Assembly (NCBI GenBank): GCA_905171695.1
Contig: LR991653.1
Location: 1,228,957-1,292,956, forward strand
Direction of reading: 5' to 3'
Length of the DNA stretch: 64,000 bases
Source: Candidatus Methanoperedenaceae archaeon GB37
Lineage (GTDB): Archaea > Halobacteriota > Methanosarcinia > Methanosarcinales > EX4572-44
Under the pieces are notes generated by a model. The model did no database searches. It saw nothing but the letters and a program-made list of their open reading frames with translations, and was not told the DNA's origin. Positions 8,925 through 17,728 of this stretch are shown here, one piece after another. A program made the translations under genes and the position numbers. Position 1 is the stretch's first letter. Each line of letters begins with the position of its first letter.

Positions 8925-9070
8925 GGCGAATATGCGAAGTCGTTCCCGAAGGGAACGATTTGGGTGAGCGAAGTGCAACGAGCGAACCATATATTCGCCT
9001 GTTAGCCGACCCGACCGAAGCGGAGCGAAGGGAGAGTGCAACGAGTTCGAAGTGAGCGAAGCGAACGGAG
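8925..9070. repeat. Unassigned non-coding element with a long-range inverted repeat, an internal hairpin and three GAGCGAAG...CGAA motif copies
   Basis: ggcgaatatg (8925-8934) pairs with catatattcgcc (8988-8999). Hairpin tcgttccc-gaa-gggaacga at 8940-8958. gagcgaag-type motifs start at 8966, 9023 and 9054. Confidence 0.5.
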
Positions 9071-9414
9071 AAGTTTCCAATTCTCCTGAACCACCAGGGC
9101 TTGGCGTAGTTTTCAATAACGAACTGATTCTTCCATTCTTAATATTTATCACTCTCTCTATCTTCGACTATCGGCAATCCAATCCTACTTAAGAAGAAAG
9201 AAAATCTGTGCGACAGGTCTTCTCTAAACAATTGTCTTAAACTTGCAAGATAGTGCCCATTTTCTTTAGCAAAGTAGATGACATCTCTTGGAATAGTATA
9301 ATAATGCTTAAAATCAAGTACTAAATTCCAATATTCCCAAATAATTAGGCACTAGCAAAATAAATTCTCCCCATAAGCTCTCTTTTTCCAGGAAAAAGCA
9401 AGTATTGTATTACG

Positions 9415-10428
9415 TGCTGTGTTGAATAACTTTTAAGTTTCCTTCCTGTATTTCTCATTTGCAGGAGGGATGATTGGGATGCAGAGTAAGAGAAATTGGA
9501 AGGAATATAATGAAAAACTTGTGCGGAGGGGAGAACTCTATATCTCATTGGATTTCCTTGAGAACTGGGATGAAGAATTAAATAGGATGAATGAGGGGAA
9601 GGTTGGCAGACCTTTCAGGTTTCCTCGAACCTTTATGTGTTTTCTAGCTTTCTTGCATGTAGCTTTCCTTCCATTAAGACAAATGGAAGGATTTTTGAGG
9701 AAATTATCAGAATATATACCTGAGTTAAAGGTAGCTGATTATTCCACTGTTTGTAAGAGGTTGAGGAAACTAGACTTTGAACTCTCTAGTAATCTTGGAG
9801 AAGATCTTGTAGTTGCAATAGATTCGTCTGGTATGAAGATAACGAATAGAGGAGAGTGGATCAGAGATAAATGGAAAGACGAGAAAGGGTTGGATTAAGG
9901 TTCATATTGCTATAGACGTTAAAACAAGGAAACTCTTAGCCTTAAAGATAACAGATGAAAGAACAGGTGATGGAAAGATGTTAAAACCTCTGGTAAAGCA
10001 AATTAAAGGAAGAGGTGGAGAGATAACTAGGGTATATGGTGATGGAGGTTATGATAGCAGAGAGAATTTCAATTATCTCGCTGAAAATAATGTAGAACCA
10101 GTGATCAAGATAAGAAGTAACTCTTCAACAAAGTCAAGAGGCTCTCCATCCAGAGCTAAGAGAGTAAGAGAACCCAAAAGAGTTAGGTCATGAAAGATGG
10201 AAAGATAAATACAGGTATGGCTGCAGATGGACAACAGAGAGTTTCTTCTCTGGTGTTAAAAGAGTATTTGGTGAAACATGCAGAGCAAGATCTCCAGAAG
10301 CCTTGTTTCAAGAAGTAAAGATGAAATTCATCTTCTACAACATGCTCATAAGTGTTTAAACTTACATTCTCAGAGAAACAATTACCTGAAGATATACCCC
10401 ATCCAGCTAATTGTTCAACACAGCAGCA
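9415..10428 (+). mobile_element. IS5-family-like insertion sequence, copy A (1014 bp, inactivated)
   Basis: Terminal inverted repeats tgctgtgttgaa...ttcaacacagca. 5-bp direct duplication TTACG at 9410-9414 and 10429-10433. Near-identical to copy B in inverse orientation. Confidence 0.85.
9470..10359 (+). pseudogene. IS5-like transposase, frameshifted by a 1-nt insertion near 9878
   Basis: Copy A reads atggaaaGacgag where copy B reads atggaaaacgag. This breaks the 240-aa ORF into 9470..9898 and 9978..10193. Confidence 0.85.
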
Positions 10429-10469
10429 TTACGGAAAAATATTTATATTATAATGCCTAATTGACCATT

Positions 10470-11867
10470 ATGAGCTTCATCAGATACAAGAAGTTCGGGA
10501 ACAAAGAATATGCTTACGAGGTAACATCTTACTGGGATCCTGAAAAGAAGAAGCCGAGGCAGAAAACAAAGTATCTGGGAGTTGTTGTTGACAAGGAGAA
10601 GAAAATATTCAAGAAAAAGAGTAGAGAGAGGAGAGAGAAGTTAATTCTAGATTTTGGTGATACTTATTTCCTCAACCAGTTCATCAATAGAGTAACATTC
10701 TTTGAGAACATTAAAAAAGATATGTTTCTTCCACTCATCTTCTACCGATTGTGTTATCCATCTGCAATGAGGTATGCAAGGATATGGTATGAGGGCAACA
10801 TAGTCAGGAAGTTCTTTGACGTTGATATAAGTTCACAAAGAATAAGTGAGTTTCTTGAGGAGATTGGTGATGAAAGCATCCAGAGGGGATTCTTCAAAGA
10901 ATACATCAAACAGATAACACCCTCAGAAGGAATAGTAATTGATACAACTGCTCTTCCAAACCAGATAAATATTCCAAGATCAGCATGGGGATGGCATAAC
11001 GAGGAAATAGAGAAACAAATCAAGTTGTTACTTGTTATTGACAGGAGTACATCACTTCCTTTGTTTTTCAGGTATATTGCAGGTAATATTGTTGATGTGT
11101 CAACCCTCAAGGCAACTGTGGAGGAGTTAAAGAAGTATGGTGTATCAAGATACTTCGTCATTCTTGATGCAGGATTCTTCTCTGAAGAGAATATAACGGA
11201 GCTTTACAATGAGGAAATACAGTTCCTGACAAGGCTACCCTCCTTAAGGAAGCTGTACAAGAGGCTTATTCTTGAGGAATCCAGAGAGTTAGAGAGTTAC
11301 AGGAATGCTGTAAGGTATGGGAGAAGAGTACTGTTTGTAAAGCAAAGAGAAGTTGAGTTATTTGGTAAAAGAGTTTATGCTTATGTTGTACTTGATCCTG
11401 AAAGAAAGGGAAGAGAGATGAGAAAAACTCTGCTTAAGGTAATGGATGAGATTGAAGAGGACGGGGAAGAGGAGATGGAATACATTTTGATGAAGAAGGG
11501 GATAATGATTCTCATTTCCTCTTCTGAACCGGATAGAGAGAATGTAATATCTTTGTATTACACAAGACAGATTGCAGAAAAGCTGTTTGGCTTTTCGAAG
11601 GATGATCTGAACCTGCTTCCTCTGAGAGTGCATAAGGAAGAGACGCTGAGGGGCTACCTGTTTCTGCAGTTCGCTTCACTTGTTGTTTATTCACTGCTGA
11701 AGAGAGAATTAGGGAGAGATTACACTGTGGAGGAGGTTCTGCTCACCTTAAGGAATCTGAAGTGTAAGGTGTATGAGGATGAGATTATTGTCCAGGAATT
11801 AACCAAGCAGCAAAGGAAGATTTTTGAGAAGTTTGGTATCATGGTGCCTAAAAGTATGGGAATTTAG
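10470..11867 (+). CDS. IS1634-family transposase
   Basis: N-terminus 'MSFIRYKKFGNKEYAYEVTSYWDPEKKKPRQKTKYLG' is typical of IS1634/IS4-related archaeal transposases. ATG at 10470 preferred over the tracked TTG at 10461. Confidence 0.75.
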   Translation: MSFIRYKKFGNKEYAYEVTSYWDPEKKKPRQKTKYLGVVVDKEKKIFKKKSRERREKLILDFGDTYFLNQFINRVTFFENIKKDMFLPLIFYRLCYPSAMRYARIWYEGNIVRKFFDVDISSQRISEFLEEIGDESIQRGFFKEYIKQITPSEGIVIDTTALPNQINIPRSAWGWHNEEIEKQIKLLLVIDRSTSLPLFFRYIAGNIVDVSTLKATVEELKKYGVSRYFVILDAGFFSEENITELYNEEIQFLTRLPSLRKLYKRLILEESRELESYRNAVRYGRRVLFVKQREVELFGKRVYAYVVLDPERKGREMRKTLLKVMDEIEEDGEEEMEYILMKKGIMILISSSEPDRENVISLYYTRQIAEKLFGFSKDDLNLLPLRVHKEETLRGYLFLQFASLVVYSLLKRELGRDYTVEEVLLTLRNLKCKVYEDEIIVQELTKQQRKIFEKFGIMVPKSMGI

Positions 11868-12097
11868 GAAATTGGGAATTTGATATGGTGGATATCCATC
11901 TAAATAGTGATAGCGATAATTATTTTGAGCTTTAATCTGTTTATATCTTTTACTATTCCACTTCTCGGACCTGTCCACATAAAATTATAAGTGCGGGAGA
12001 CCATCTTTTATTTATGCTGAGGGTAAGGGAAATTGTTGAAGAGTTGAAGGGTGTTTGAGAGGAGTAAGGTGCCTTTTGAGGTTAAGATTTTCGGTAT

Positions 12098-13110
12098 TGC
12101 TGCTGTGTTGAACAATTGGCTGGATGGGGTATATCTTCAGGTAATTGTTTCTCTGAGAATGTAGGCTTAAACACTTATGAGCATGTTGTAGAAGATGAAT
12201 TTCATCTTTACTTCTTGAAATAAAGCTTCTGTAGATCTTGCTCTGCATGTCTCTCCAAATACTCTTTTAACACCAGAGAAGAAACTCTCTGTTGTCCATC
12301 TGCAGCCATACCTGTATTTATCTTTCCATCTTTCATGACCTAACTCTTTTGGGTTCTCTTACTCTCTTAGCTCTGGATGGAGAGCCTCTTGACTTAGTTG
12401 AAGAGTTACTTCTTATCTTGATCACTGGTTCTACATTATTTTCAGCAAGATAATTGAAATTCTCTCTGCTATCATAACCTCCATCACCATATACCCTACT
12501 TATCTCTCCACCTCTTCCTTTAATTTGCTTTACCAGAGGTTTTAACATCTTTCCATCACCTGTTCTTTCATCTGTTATCTTTAAGGCTAAGAGTTTCCTT
12601 GTTTTAACGTCTATAGCAATATGAGCCTTAATCCAACCCTTTCTCGTTTTCCATTTATGTCTGATCCACTCTCCTCTATTCGTTATCTTCATACCAGACG
12701 AATCTATTGCAACTACAAGATCTTCTCCAAGATTACTAGAGAGTTCAAAGTCTAGTTTCCTCAACCTCTTACAAACAGTGGAATAATCAGCTACCTTTAA
12801 CTCAGGTATATATTCTGATAATTTCCTCAAAAATCCTTCCATTTGTCTTAATGGAAGGAAAGCTACATGCAAGAAAGCTAGAAAACACATAAAGGTTCGA
12901 GGAAACCTGAAAGGTCTGCCAACCTTCCCCTCATTCATCCTATTTAATTCTTCATCCCAGTTCTCAAGGAAATCCAATGAGATATAGAGTTCTCCCCTCC
13001 GCACAAGTTTTTCATTATATTCCTTCCAATTTCTCTTACTCTGCATCCCAATCATCCCTCCTGCAAATGAGAAATACAGGAAGGAAACTTAAAAGTTATT
13101 CAACACAGCA
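12098..13110 (-). mobile_element. IS5-family-like insertion sequence, copy B (1013 bp)
   Basis: Same terminal repeats as copy A. 5-bp duplication GGTAT at 12093-12097 and 13111-13115. The uninterrupted target is visible in the MITE copy (cccggtgttgcaacc). Confidence 0.9.
12167..13055 (-). CDS. IS5-like DDE transposase in two overlapping frames (orfA 13055-12333; C-terminal frame continues to 12167)
   Basis: orfA is the 240-aa ORF. The next frame encodes 'ERWKDKYRYGCRWTTESFFSGVKRVFGE', the Y-x-x-R-x-x-x-E signature carrying the catalytic Glu of IS5-type DDE enzymes. Confidence 0.7.
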
Positions 13111-13229
13111 GGTATTGCGACCTGTATTCAGACGTCTTCTCTCGGCTCAGGAGGACTGCCAGAATTCTCTCTCTGAGCTTCATCTGGTCTCTAAAACCTC
13201 TCTTTGGAACAGGGAGGTTTGAAGAGAAA

Positions 13230-13672
13230 ATGCCTGTTGTATCGGAGAAGAAGAGAAGATACCTGATAGCATTAGACGAAACAGTTGTTAAAGCAAATAA
13301 AAAGACATATTATGTATATTCTGCGGTAGATATGGAAAGGAATGAGTTAATCCTGATGAGAGTTTATACAAACAGGAATTGTCTTGTTACAAGGTCCTTC
13401 AGAGAAGTGCTAAGAGTTCTGCGAGAACAAGCCAAGATTCATCGTTGACAAAGCCCCTTGGCTTATAGATGCACTGAAAAGCCTGGATCTGGAATTTGAG
13501 CATCAAACCTTTCGGAGAGAGAAGCCTGGTTGAATCAGTGTTTTCTTCGATAAAGCATAGGACAAAGATATTCTTCTGCTCAATTATCTCTTTTAATCCT
13601 GTTAAAAACTGGAATTTGTTCTGTAAGCTCTTCATGCTTTATTATAATCGGTTGAAGTGGTGTTTATGTTAA
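13230..13672 (+). pseudogene. IS6-family transposase remnant (N-terminally truncated, at least two frameshifts)
   Basis: 'IALDETVVKANKKTYYVYSAVD' is the DET...D motif. The later 'VDKAPWLIDALK' and 'ERSLVESVFSSIKHRTK' lie in other frames. Confidence 0.6.
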
Positions 13673-13824
13673 GTGGACACGTCTCACACCAATCGCCACA
13701 ACAAAATAATTATGAATACCTGATAAGGCTAACGAGGTGATCGAGAGAATAGTAGGTATTTTACGACACCGAGAAGGTTAAAAGGATGAACCACGTGCCA
13801 TAACCAATCAAGGAGTGATATTTT

Positions 13825-15240
13825 ATGAAACGGACGAAGATTGTCTGTACGATCGGTCCTGCGAGTAATGATAGGATGACTCTTTCTCAGATGGTGCGTT
13901 CTGGGATGAATGTGGCACGCCTCAATTTCTCACATGGAACCTATGAGGAGCATCGGGAGACTATCAAGTTGATAGAGAGTGTCTCGGATGAGCTTGGCGT
14001 TCCTGTTGCGGTTCTTCAGGATATTGCAGGACCTAAGATGCGCATCGGCAAGGTTGCGGGTGAGAGGGTCTCTCTCAATGTCGATGATAAGATCACGCTC
14101 ACCACGAGAGATGTTCTTACAACGAGCAAGGTTGTGAGTGTGGATTACCCGATGCTTGCAAGAGAGGTCAGGGCAGGGTCGGCTGTGCTTCTCGCGGATG
14201 GTGCAATCGAGCTCAGAGTTGATAGTGTTTCAGGTGATGAGGTTCATTGTACTGTGGTTGAGGGTGGTGTTCTCACATCGCACAAGGGGGTGAACCTTCC
14301 TGGTGTGAGTATTCAAGCCTCGACGATCGGTGAGAAGGATGTGGATGATATACTGTTTGGTGTGGAGAATGGTGTTGATTTCATTGCGATCTCATTTGTG
14401 AGAGAGCCTGGTGATCTGCAGATGGCACGGGAGATAATAGCTGGTGCTGGAGCAAAGATACCTGTTATTGCTAAGATAGAGCGTCATGAGGCTCTATCGC
14501 GAATTGATGATATTATCAGAGATTCTGACGGTGTTATGGTGGCACGTGGGGATCTGGGTGTGGATATACCGTTCGAAGAGGTTGGTTTGGTCCAGAAGAG
14601 GATAATACGACTCTGCAACGATGCGGGAAAGCCTGTTATCACCGCTACTCAGATGCTACGCTCGATGGTTGAGAAGAACCGCCCCACCCGTGCAGAGATC
14701 ACAGATATCACAAATGCCATCCTCGATGGCACAGATGCCATAATGCTCTCTGAAGAGACTGCAAGCGGTAGGTACCCTGTTCGATCCGTGGACGTTATGT
14801 CGCGCATCGCCAGTGCAACAGAATCCTCTCAAGAGTTCCGAGATCGCGTCCTTAACCACAGGCTCACACCACGCGAGACTGTTCCTGACGTGGTGAGCCA
14901 TGCAGCATGTAACGTTGCAGAGCGGCTCGGCGCCGCTGCCATACTCGCACCGACCGAGACCGGGAGAACGCCATCTCTGATCGCACGATACCGACCCGCA
15001 CCCGAAGTGATCGCTCTGTGCACAAGCAAGCGAGTCTACAGAAGGTTGTGCCTCACATGGGGCATTCAACCTGTGATGATCGAGCCTGTCAGTGAGAGCG
15101 AGGAGTTGCTTCGAAGAGTGGAACTGGTTGCACTGGAAGATGGAGTTCGTGCTGGTGATGTTGTAGTGATCACGGCAGGCACGTCCACTGGCAAGAGCGG
15201 TGGAACGAATTTGATCAAGGTGCATCTGATCGGGTCTTGA
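13825..15240 (+). CDS. pyk: Pyruvate kinase
   Basis: 'MKRTKIVCTIGPAS', 'MNVARLNFSHG', 'IAKIE', 'MVARGDLGV' and 'ATQMLESM-like (ATQMLRSM)'. Confidence 0.9.
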   Translation: MKRTKIVCTIGPASNDRMTLSQMVRSGMNVARLNFSHGTYEEHRETIKLIESVSDELGVPVAVLQDIAGPKMRIGKVAGERVSLNVDDKITLTTRDVLTTSKVVSVDYPMLAREVRAGSAVLLADGAIELRVDSVSGDEVHCTVVEGGVLTSHKGVNLPGVSIQASTIGEKDVDDILFGVENGVDFIAISFVREPGDLQMAREIIAGAGAKIPVIAKIERHEALSRIDDIIRDSDGVMVARGDLGVDIPFEEVGLVQKRIIRLCNDAGKPVITATQMLRSMVEKNRPTRAEITDITNAILDGTDAIMLSEETASGRYPVRSVDVMSRIASATESSQEFRDRVLNHRLTPRETVPDVVSHAACNVAERLGAAAILAPTETGRTPSLIARYRPAPEVIALCTSKRVYRRLCLTWGIQPVMIEPVSESEELLRRVELVALEDGVRAGDVVVITAGTSTGKSGGTNLIKVHLIGS

Positions 15241-15243
15241 AGA

Positions 15244-15328
15244 TGCGAGGGATGGGATTCGAACCCATGAACACCTACGTGACAAGGCCCTCAACCTTGC
15301 GCCTTTGACCTGGCTGGGCAACCCTCGC
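15244..15328 (-). tRNA. tRNA-Leu (anticodon GAG), class II with long variable arm; CCA not encoded
   Basis: Reverse complement GCGAGGGTTGCCCAGCCAGGTCAAAGGCGCAAGGTTGAGGGCCTTG...ATGGGTTCGAATCCCATCCCTCGCA folds as a cloverleaf. Anticodon loop TTGAGGG. Confidence 0.85.
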
Positions 15329-15375
15329 ATAATCGTAGTTCTAATCGTAGTTCTTGTTTTTACTGCTCTTATATC

Positions 15376-16167
15376 TTATTGTAGTGTCTGGAGTCTCTCT
15401 CTGAGTGTCCTTACCTTTCTCTGGAGTATGTTTGCGCTCTGGAGCAGGAGTTCTCTTGCGGTGTAGGAGCCGTCTGTCTCGAAGTTGAAGAGTATCGTTC
15501 TCTCATCTTCTTCAACCTTTATTGCGTCCACCTCGCATACATCCTCACATAATCTGCACAGCGTGCATCTGAGCGGGTCTGTCACAACTATTGTCCCTCC
15601 CTCTGGTTTTAGGATGTCCGGGGCACATTCTTCTACGCAGGCGTTGCACTGGTCGCAGTTGGTTATGGTTATCCTTGGCATGTTCTTGTATCCGCATGCT
15701 ATGCCCGCCTGCCATTTCGCATGGTCTCTTCCAAGTCCTGGTCTTGCTATCGCCTCTAAGAAGAGTTTTTGCCCGTCTTTCAGCTCTATTATCGGTATCT
15801 TTTGATCGGCTGGTACTATTTTTTGGTCTGTTGATATGAGGTCTTCTGAGTAGACGACCTTCGGTCCTTCCGCGTTCAGCACGAGGGAGACCTGGCACTG
15901 GGTGCAACCCTCTCCACCGCAGGAGCACTCACCTGGGATGCTGTAGCTCTCCATATCTGTTTTGAGTGGTATGAGTGCCAGTCGCAGTGCTATCTGTTCG
16001 TCAAAGAGTACTGATGTGTTGTCATAGATGTTTACTTCGTCTATTGCCATGGTTGGAACTTCTGATAGCATTATTCTGCGCAGACTGTTCACAAATGCAT
16101 TGTTTGTGTTTTTCAGTATCAGTTTTGCTTTTTCATCAGTGAGTTCTATCGTCTCCACCTCTATCAT
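15376..16167 (-). CDS. rpoD: DNA-directed RNA polymerase subunit D (Rpo3) with ferredoxin-like 4Fe-4S insertion
   Basis: 'NAFVNSLRRIMLSEVPTMAIDEV' and the Cys clusters 'CDQCNACVEEC' and 'CTLCRLCEDVC'. Start taken at MIEVETIEL (16167), just after the rps11 stop; the tracked ORF runs on to 16332. Confidence 0.85.
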   Translation of the reverse strand: MIEVETIELTDEKAKLILKNTNNAFVNSLRRIMLSEVPTMAIDEVNIYDNTSVLFDEQIALRLALIPLKTDMESYSIPGECSCGGEGCTQCQVSLVLNAEGPKVVYSEDLISTDQKIVPADQKIPIIELKDGQKLFLEAIARPGLGRDHAKWQAGIACGYKNMPRITITNCDQCNACVEECAPDILKPEGGTIVVTDPLRCTLCRLCEDVCEVDAIKVEEDERTILFNFETDGSYTARELLLQSANILQRKVRTLRERLQTLQ

Positions 16168-16186
16168 CGTCTCTGCACCATTCACT

Positions 16187-16567
16187 TCAAACCCGTCTGC
16201 CACGTCGTGAGCGTGTGCCATCGTGTGGTGTTGGTGTGACGTCTTCAATGCGCCCGATCTGAAGTCCTGCTCTTGCAAAGGCTCTGATGGCGGCTTGAGC
16301 GCCCGGACCAGGACTCCTCTGCTTGTTTCCACCAGGCGCTCGCACCTTCACATGAATGCCTGTTATCCCTCTCTCCTTGAGCTTATCTGCAATCTGTGTA
16401 GCCATCTGCATCGCTGTGTACGGCGAGCTCTCGTCACGCGCGGCTTTTGTCACCATACCGCCAGATATCTTCGCTATAGTCTCGGCGCCTGTAATATCTG
16501 TCACCGTTATCAGGGTGTTGTTGAAGGATGCATATACGTGTGCTATGCCCCATTTTCCCTCTGTCAA
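16187..16567 (-). CDS. rps11: 30S ribosomal protein S11
   Basis: '[18 protein letters not shown]' and '[21 protein letters not shown]'. Confidence 0.9.
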   Translation of the reverse strand: MTEGKWGIAHVYASFNNTLITVTDITGAETIAKISGGMVTKAARDESSPYTAMQMATQIADKLKERGITGIHVKVRAPGGNKQRSPGPGAQAAIRAFARAGLQIGRIEDVTPTPHDGTRSRRGRRV

Positions 16568-16571
16568 AGTA

Positions 16572-17144
16572 TCACACCTCCTCTGCTGAGGACGTCATGG
16601 TCAATGCCTGAAGCACCTTCTCTGGTCGTTCAGGGTGATCCTCCCTCTTGATAGGTGACTGTGTATAGTAGTCTATCCGGCTCTCTTCCTCTTTCGTCAC
16701 CATATAACCTGGTATATCTATCTTGCGACCATCCACTGCAATATGCCCATGAACTATGAACTGACGTGCCTGTTTCTTGGTGCGTGCAAGTCCTTGCTTG
16801 TGCACCTGGCTCTGCAACCTTCGATCCAGCACAGCGGTTATATCCAGTGCCATAACATCGTCGAGCGTTCCATCCTCTCTGAGCATACCATACCTCTTCA
16901 GCCGCTTGAGTATGCTATCCGCTTCCCCTCTTATATGATCACTGATCTTGCCCTTTGCACTCTCAGCAAGAAGCCTCATGGCAGCTTGCCTGTATCTCTT
17001 GAGGATGCTATGCGCCTTCCAGACTTCTCTCTTATTTCGAAGCCCGTAGGTCTTCATGAGATCGACCTCGCCCGCTATCCGAGAGGCTTCCCATGGGTGC
17101 TTTGGCGTCTCATAGCTCTTACGATTCTTGCCAGGATATCCCAA
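16572..17144 (-). CDS. rps4: 30S ribosomal protein S4
   Basis: '[17 protein letters not shown]', '[11 protein letters not shown]' and '[18 protein letters not shown]'. Confidence 0.9.
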   Translation of the reverse strand: MGYPGKNRKSYETPKHPWEASRIAGEVDLMKTYGLRNKREVWKAHSILKRYRQAAMRLLAESAKGKISDHIRGEADSILKRLKRYGMLREDGTLDDVMALDITAVLDRRLQSQVHKQGLARTKKQARQFIVHGHIAVDGRKIDIPGYMVTKEEESRIDYYTQSPIKREDHPERPEKVLQALTMTSSAEEV

Positions 17145-17150
17145 CCATGA

Positions 17151-17612
17151 TCACCTCTTAGTGTGTCGCACGCCAACGACAGCTCCACGCCTTCCAGTCG
17201 ACTTTGTCCGCTGACCACGTACTTTGAGACCTCTCTCATGCCGAATACCCCTATAGGAACGGGTCTTCTTCATCATATTGAGATCTTCCCTCAAGACGAG
17301 CGGAAGATCACTCCCATAGATATGCCTGTCCTCACCAGTCAACACATCCCTCCTCCGGTTCAACATCCATCTCGGAAGGATGGACTCGATCCGCGTAACA
17401 GCATCTTTGAGCCTCTCAACCTCATCCTCTGAGAGGTGACCCATCTTCTTCACAGGATCGATACCGGCGCTGTGAAGAAGAACCCGCGCAGTACGGCGAT
17501 TCACACCCTTCAAACCTGTGAGCGAGTACAAGACCTGTGACTTACCCTCAAGATCAGTACCAGCTATACGAACAATATGTTGAATCTCTTCATCATCAAA
17601 ATTATCAGCCAA
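17151..17612 (-). CDS. rps13: 30S ribosomal protein S13
   Basis: 'IVRIAGTDLEG', 'YRGIRHERGLKVRGQRTKSTGRRG'. Confidence 0.9.
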   Translation of the reverse strand: MADNFDDEEIQHIVRIAGTDLEGKSQVLYSLTGLKGVNRRTARVLLHSAGIDPVKKMGHLSEDEVERLKDAVTRIESILPRWMLNRRRDVLTGEDRHIYGSDLPLVLREDLNMMKKTRSYRGIRHERGLKVRGQRTKSTGRRGAVVGVRHTKR

Positions 17613-17728
17613 GCTTTACTTACCTCCAGATGAGGTTTAGCCCCGCAAGACCGCGAAGCGCCCCTCTATAAAGGGCATAAACATCATCCCACATACACGA
17701 CTCATAATAGATAAGCCTTTGCCAGAGT

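Larger units (their letters stand above)
9289..11960 (+). mobile_element. IS1634-family-like element carrying a nested IS5-like insertion; boundaries tentative
   Basis: 10-bp terminal inverted repeat TGGAATAGTA (9289-9298) / TACTATTCCA (11951-11960) brackets the transposase gene. About 1.65 kb once the nested IS is removed. No clear target duplication seen. Confidence 0.45.
11968..13683 (+). mobile_element. Degraded IS6-family-like element interrupted by IS5-like copy B
   Basis: Ends gacctgtccac (11968-11978) and gtggacacgtc (13673-13683) are inverted repeats. The internal sequence on both sides of copy B is collinear with the MITE at 28433-28828. Confidence 0.6.

Noticed and set aside
14656-15330. 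224-aa minus-strand ORF overlapping the pyk 3' half
   Set aside because: Antisense to a well-supported pyruvate kinase, and its 5' end runs through the tRNA-Leu gene.
15331-15354. Perfect tandem duplication of the 12-mer aatcgtagttct between tRNA-Leu and the rpoD 3' end
   Set aside because: It is real in the sequence but too short to interpret. It is likely a slippage duplication in a spacer, and no function can be argued.
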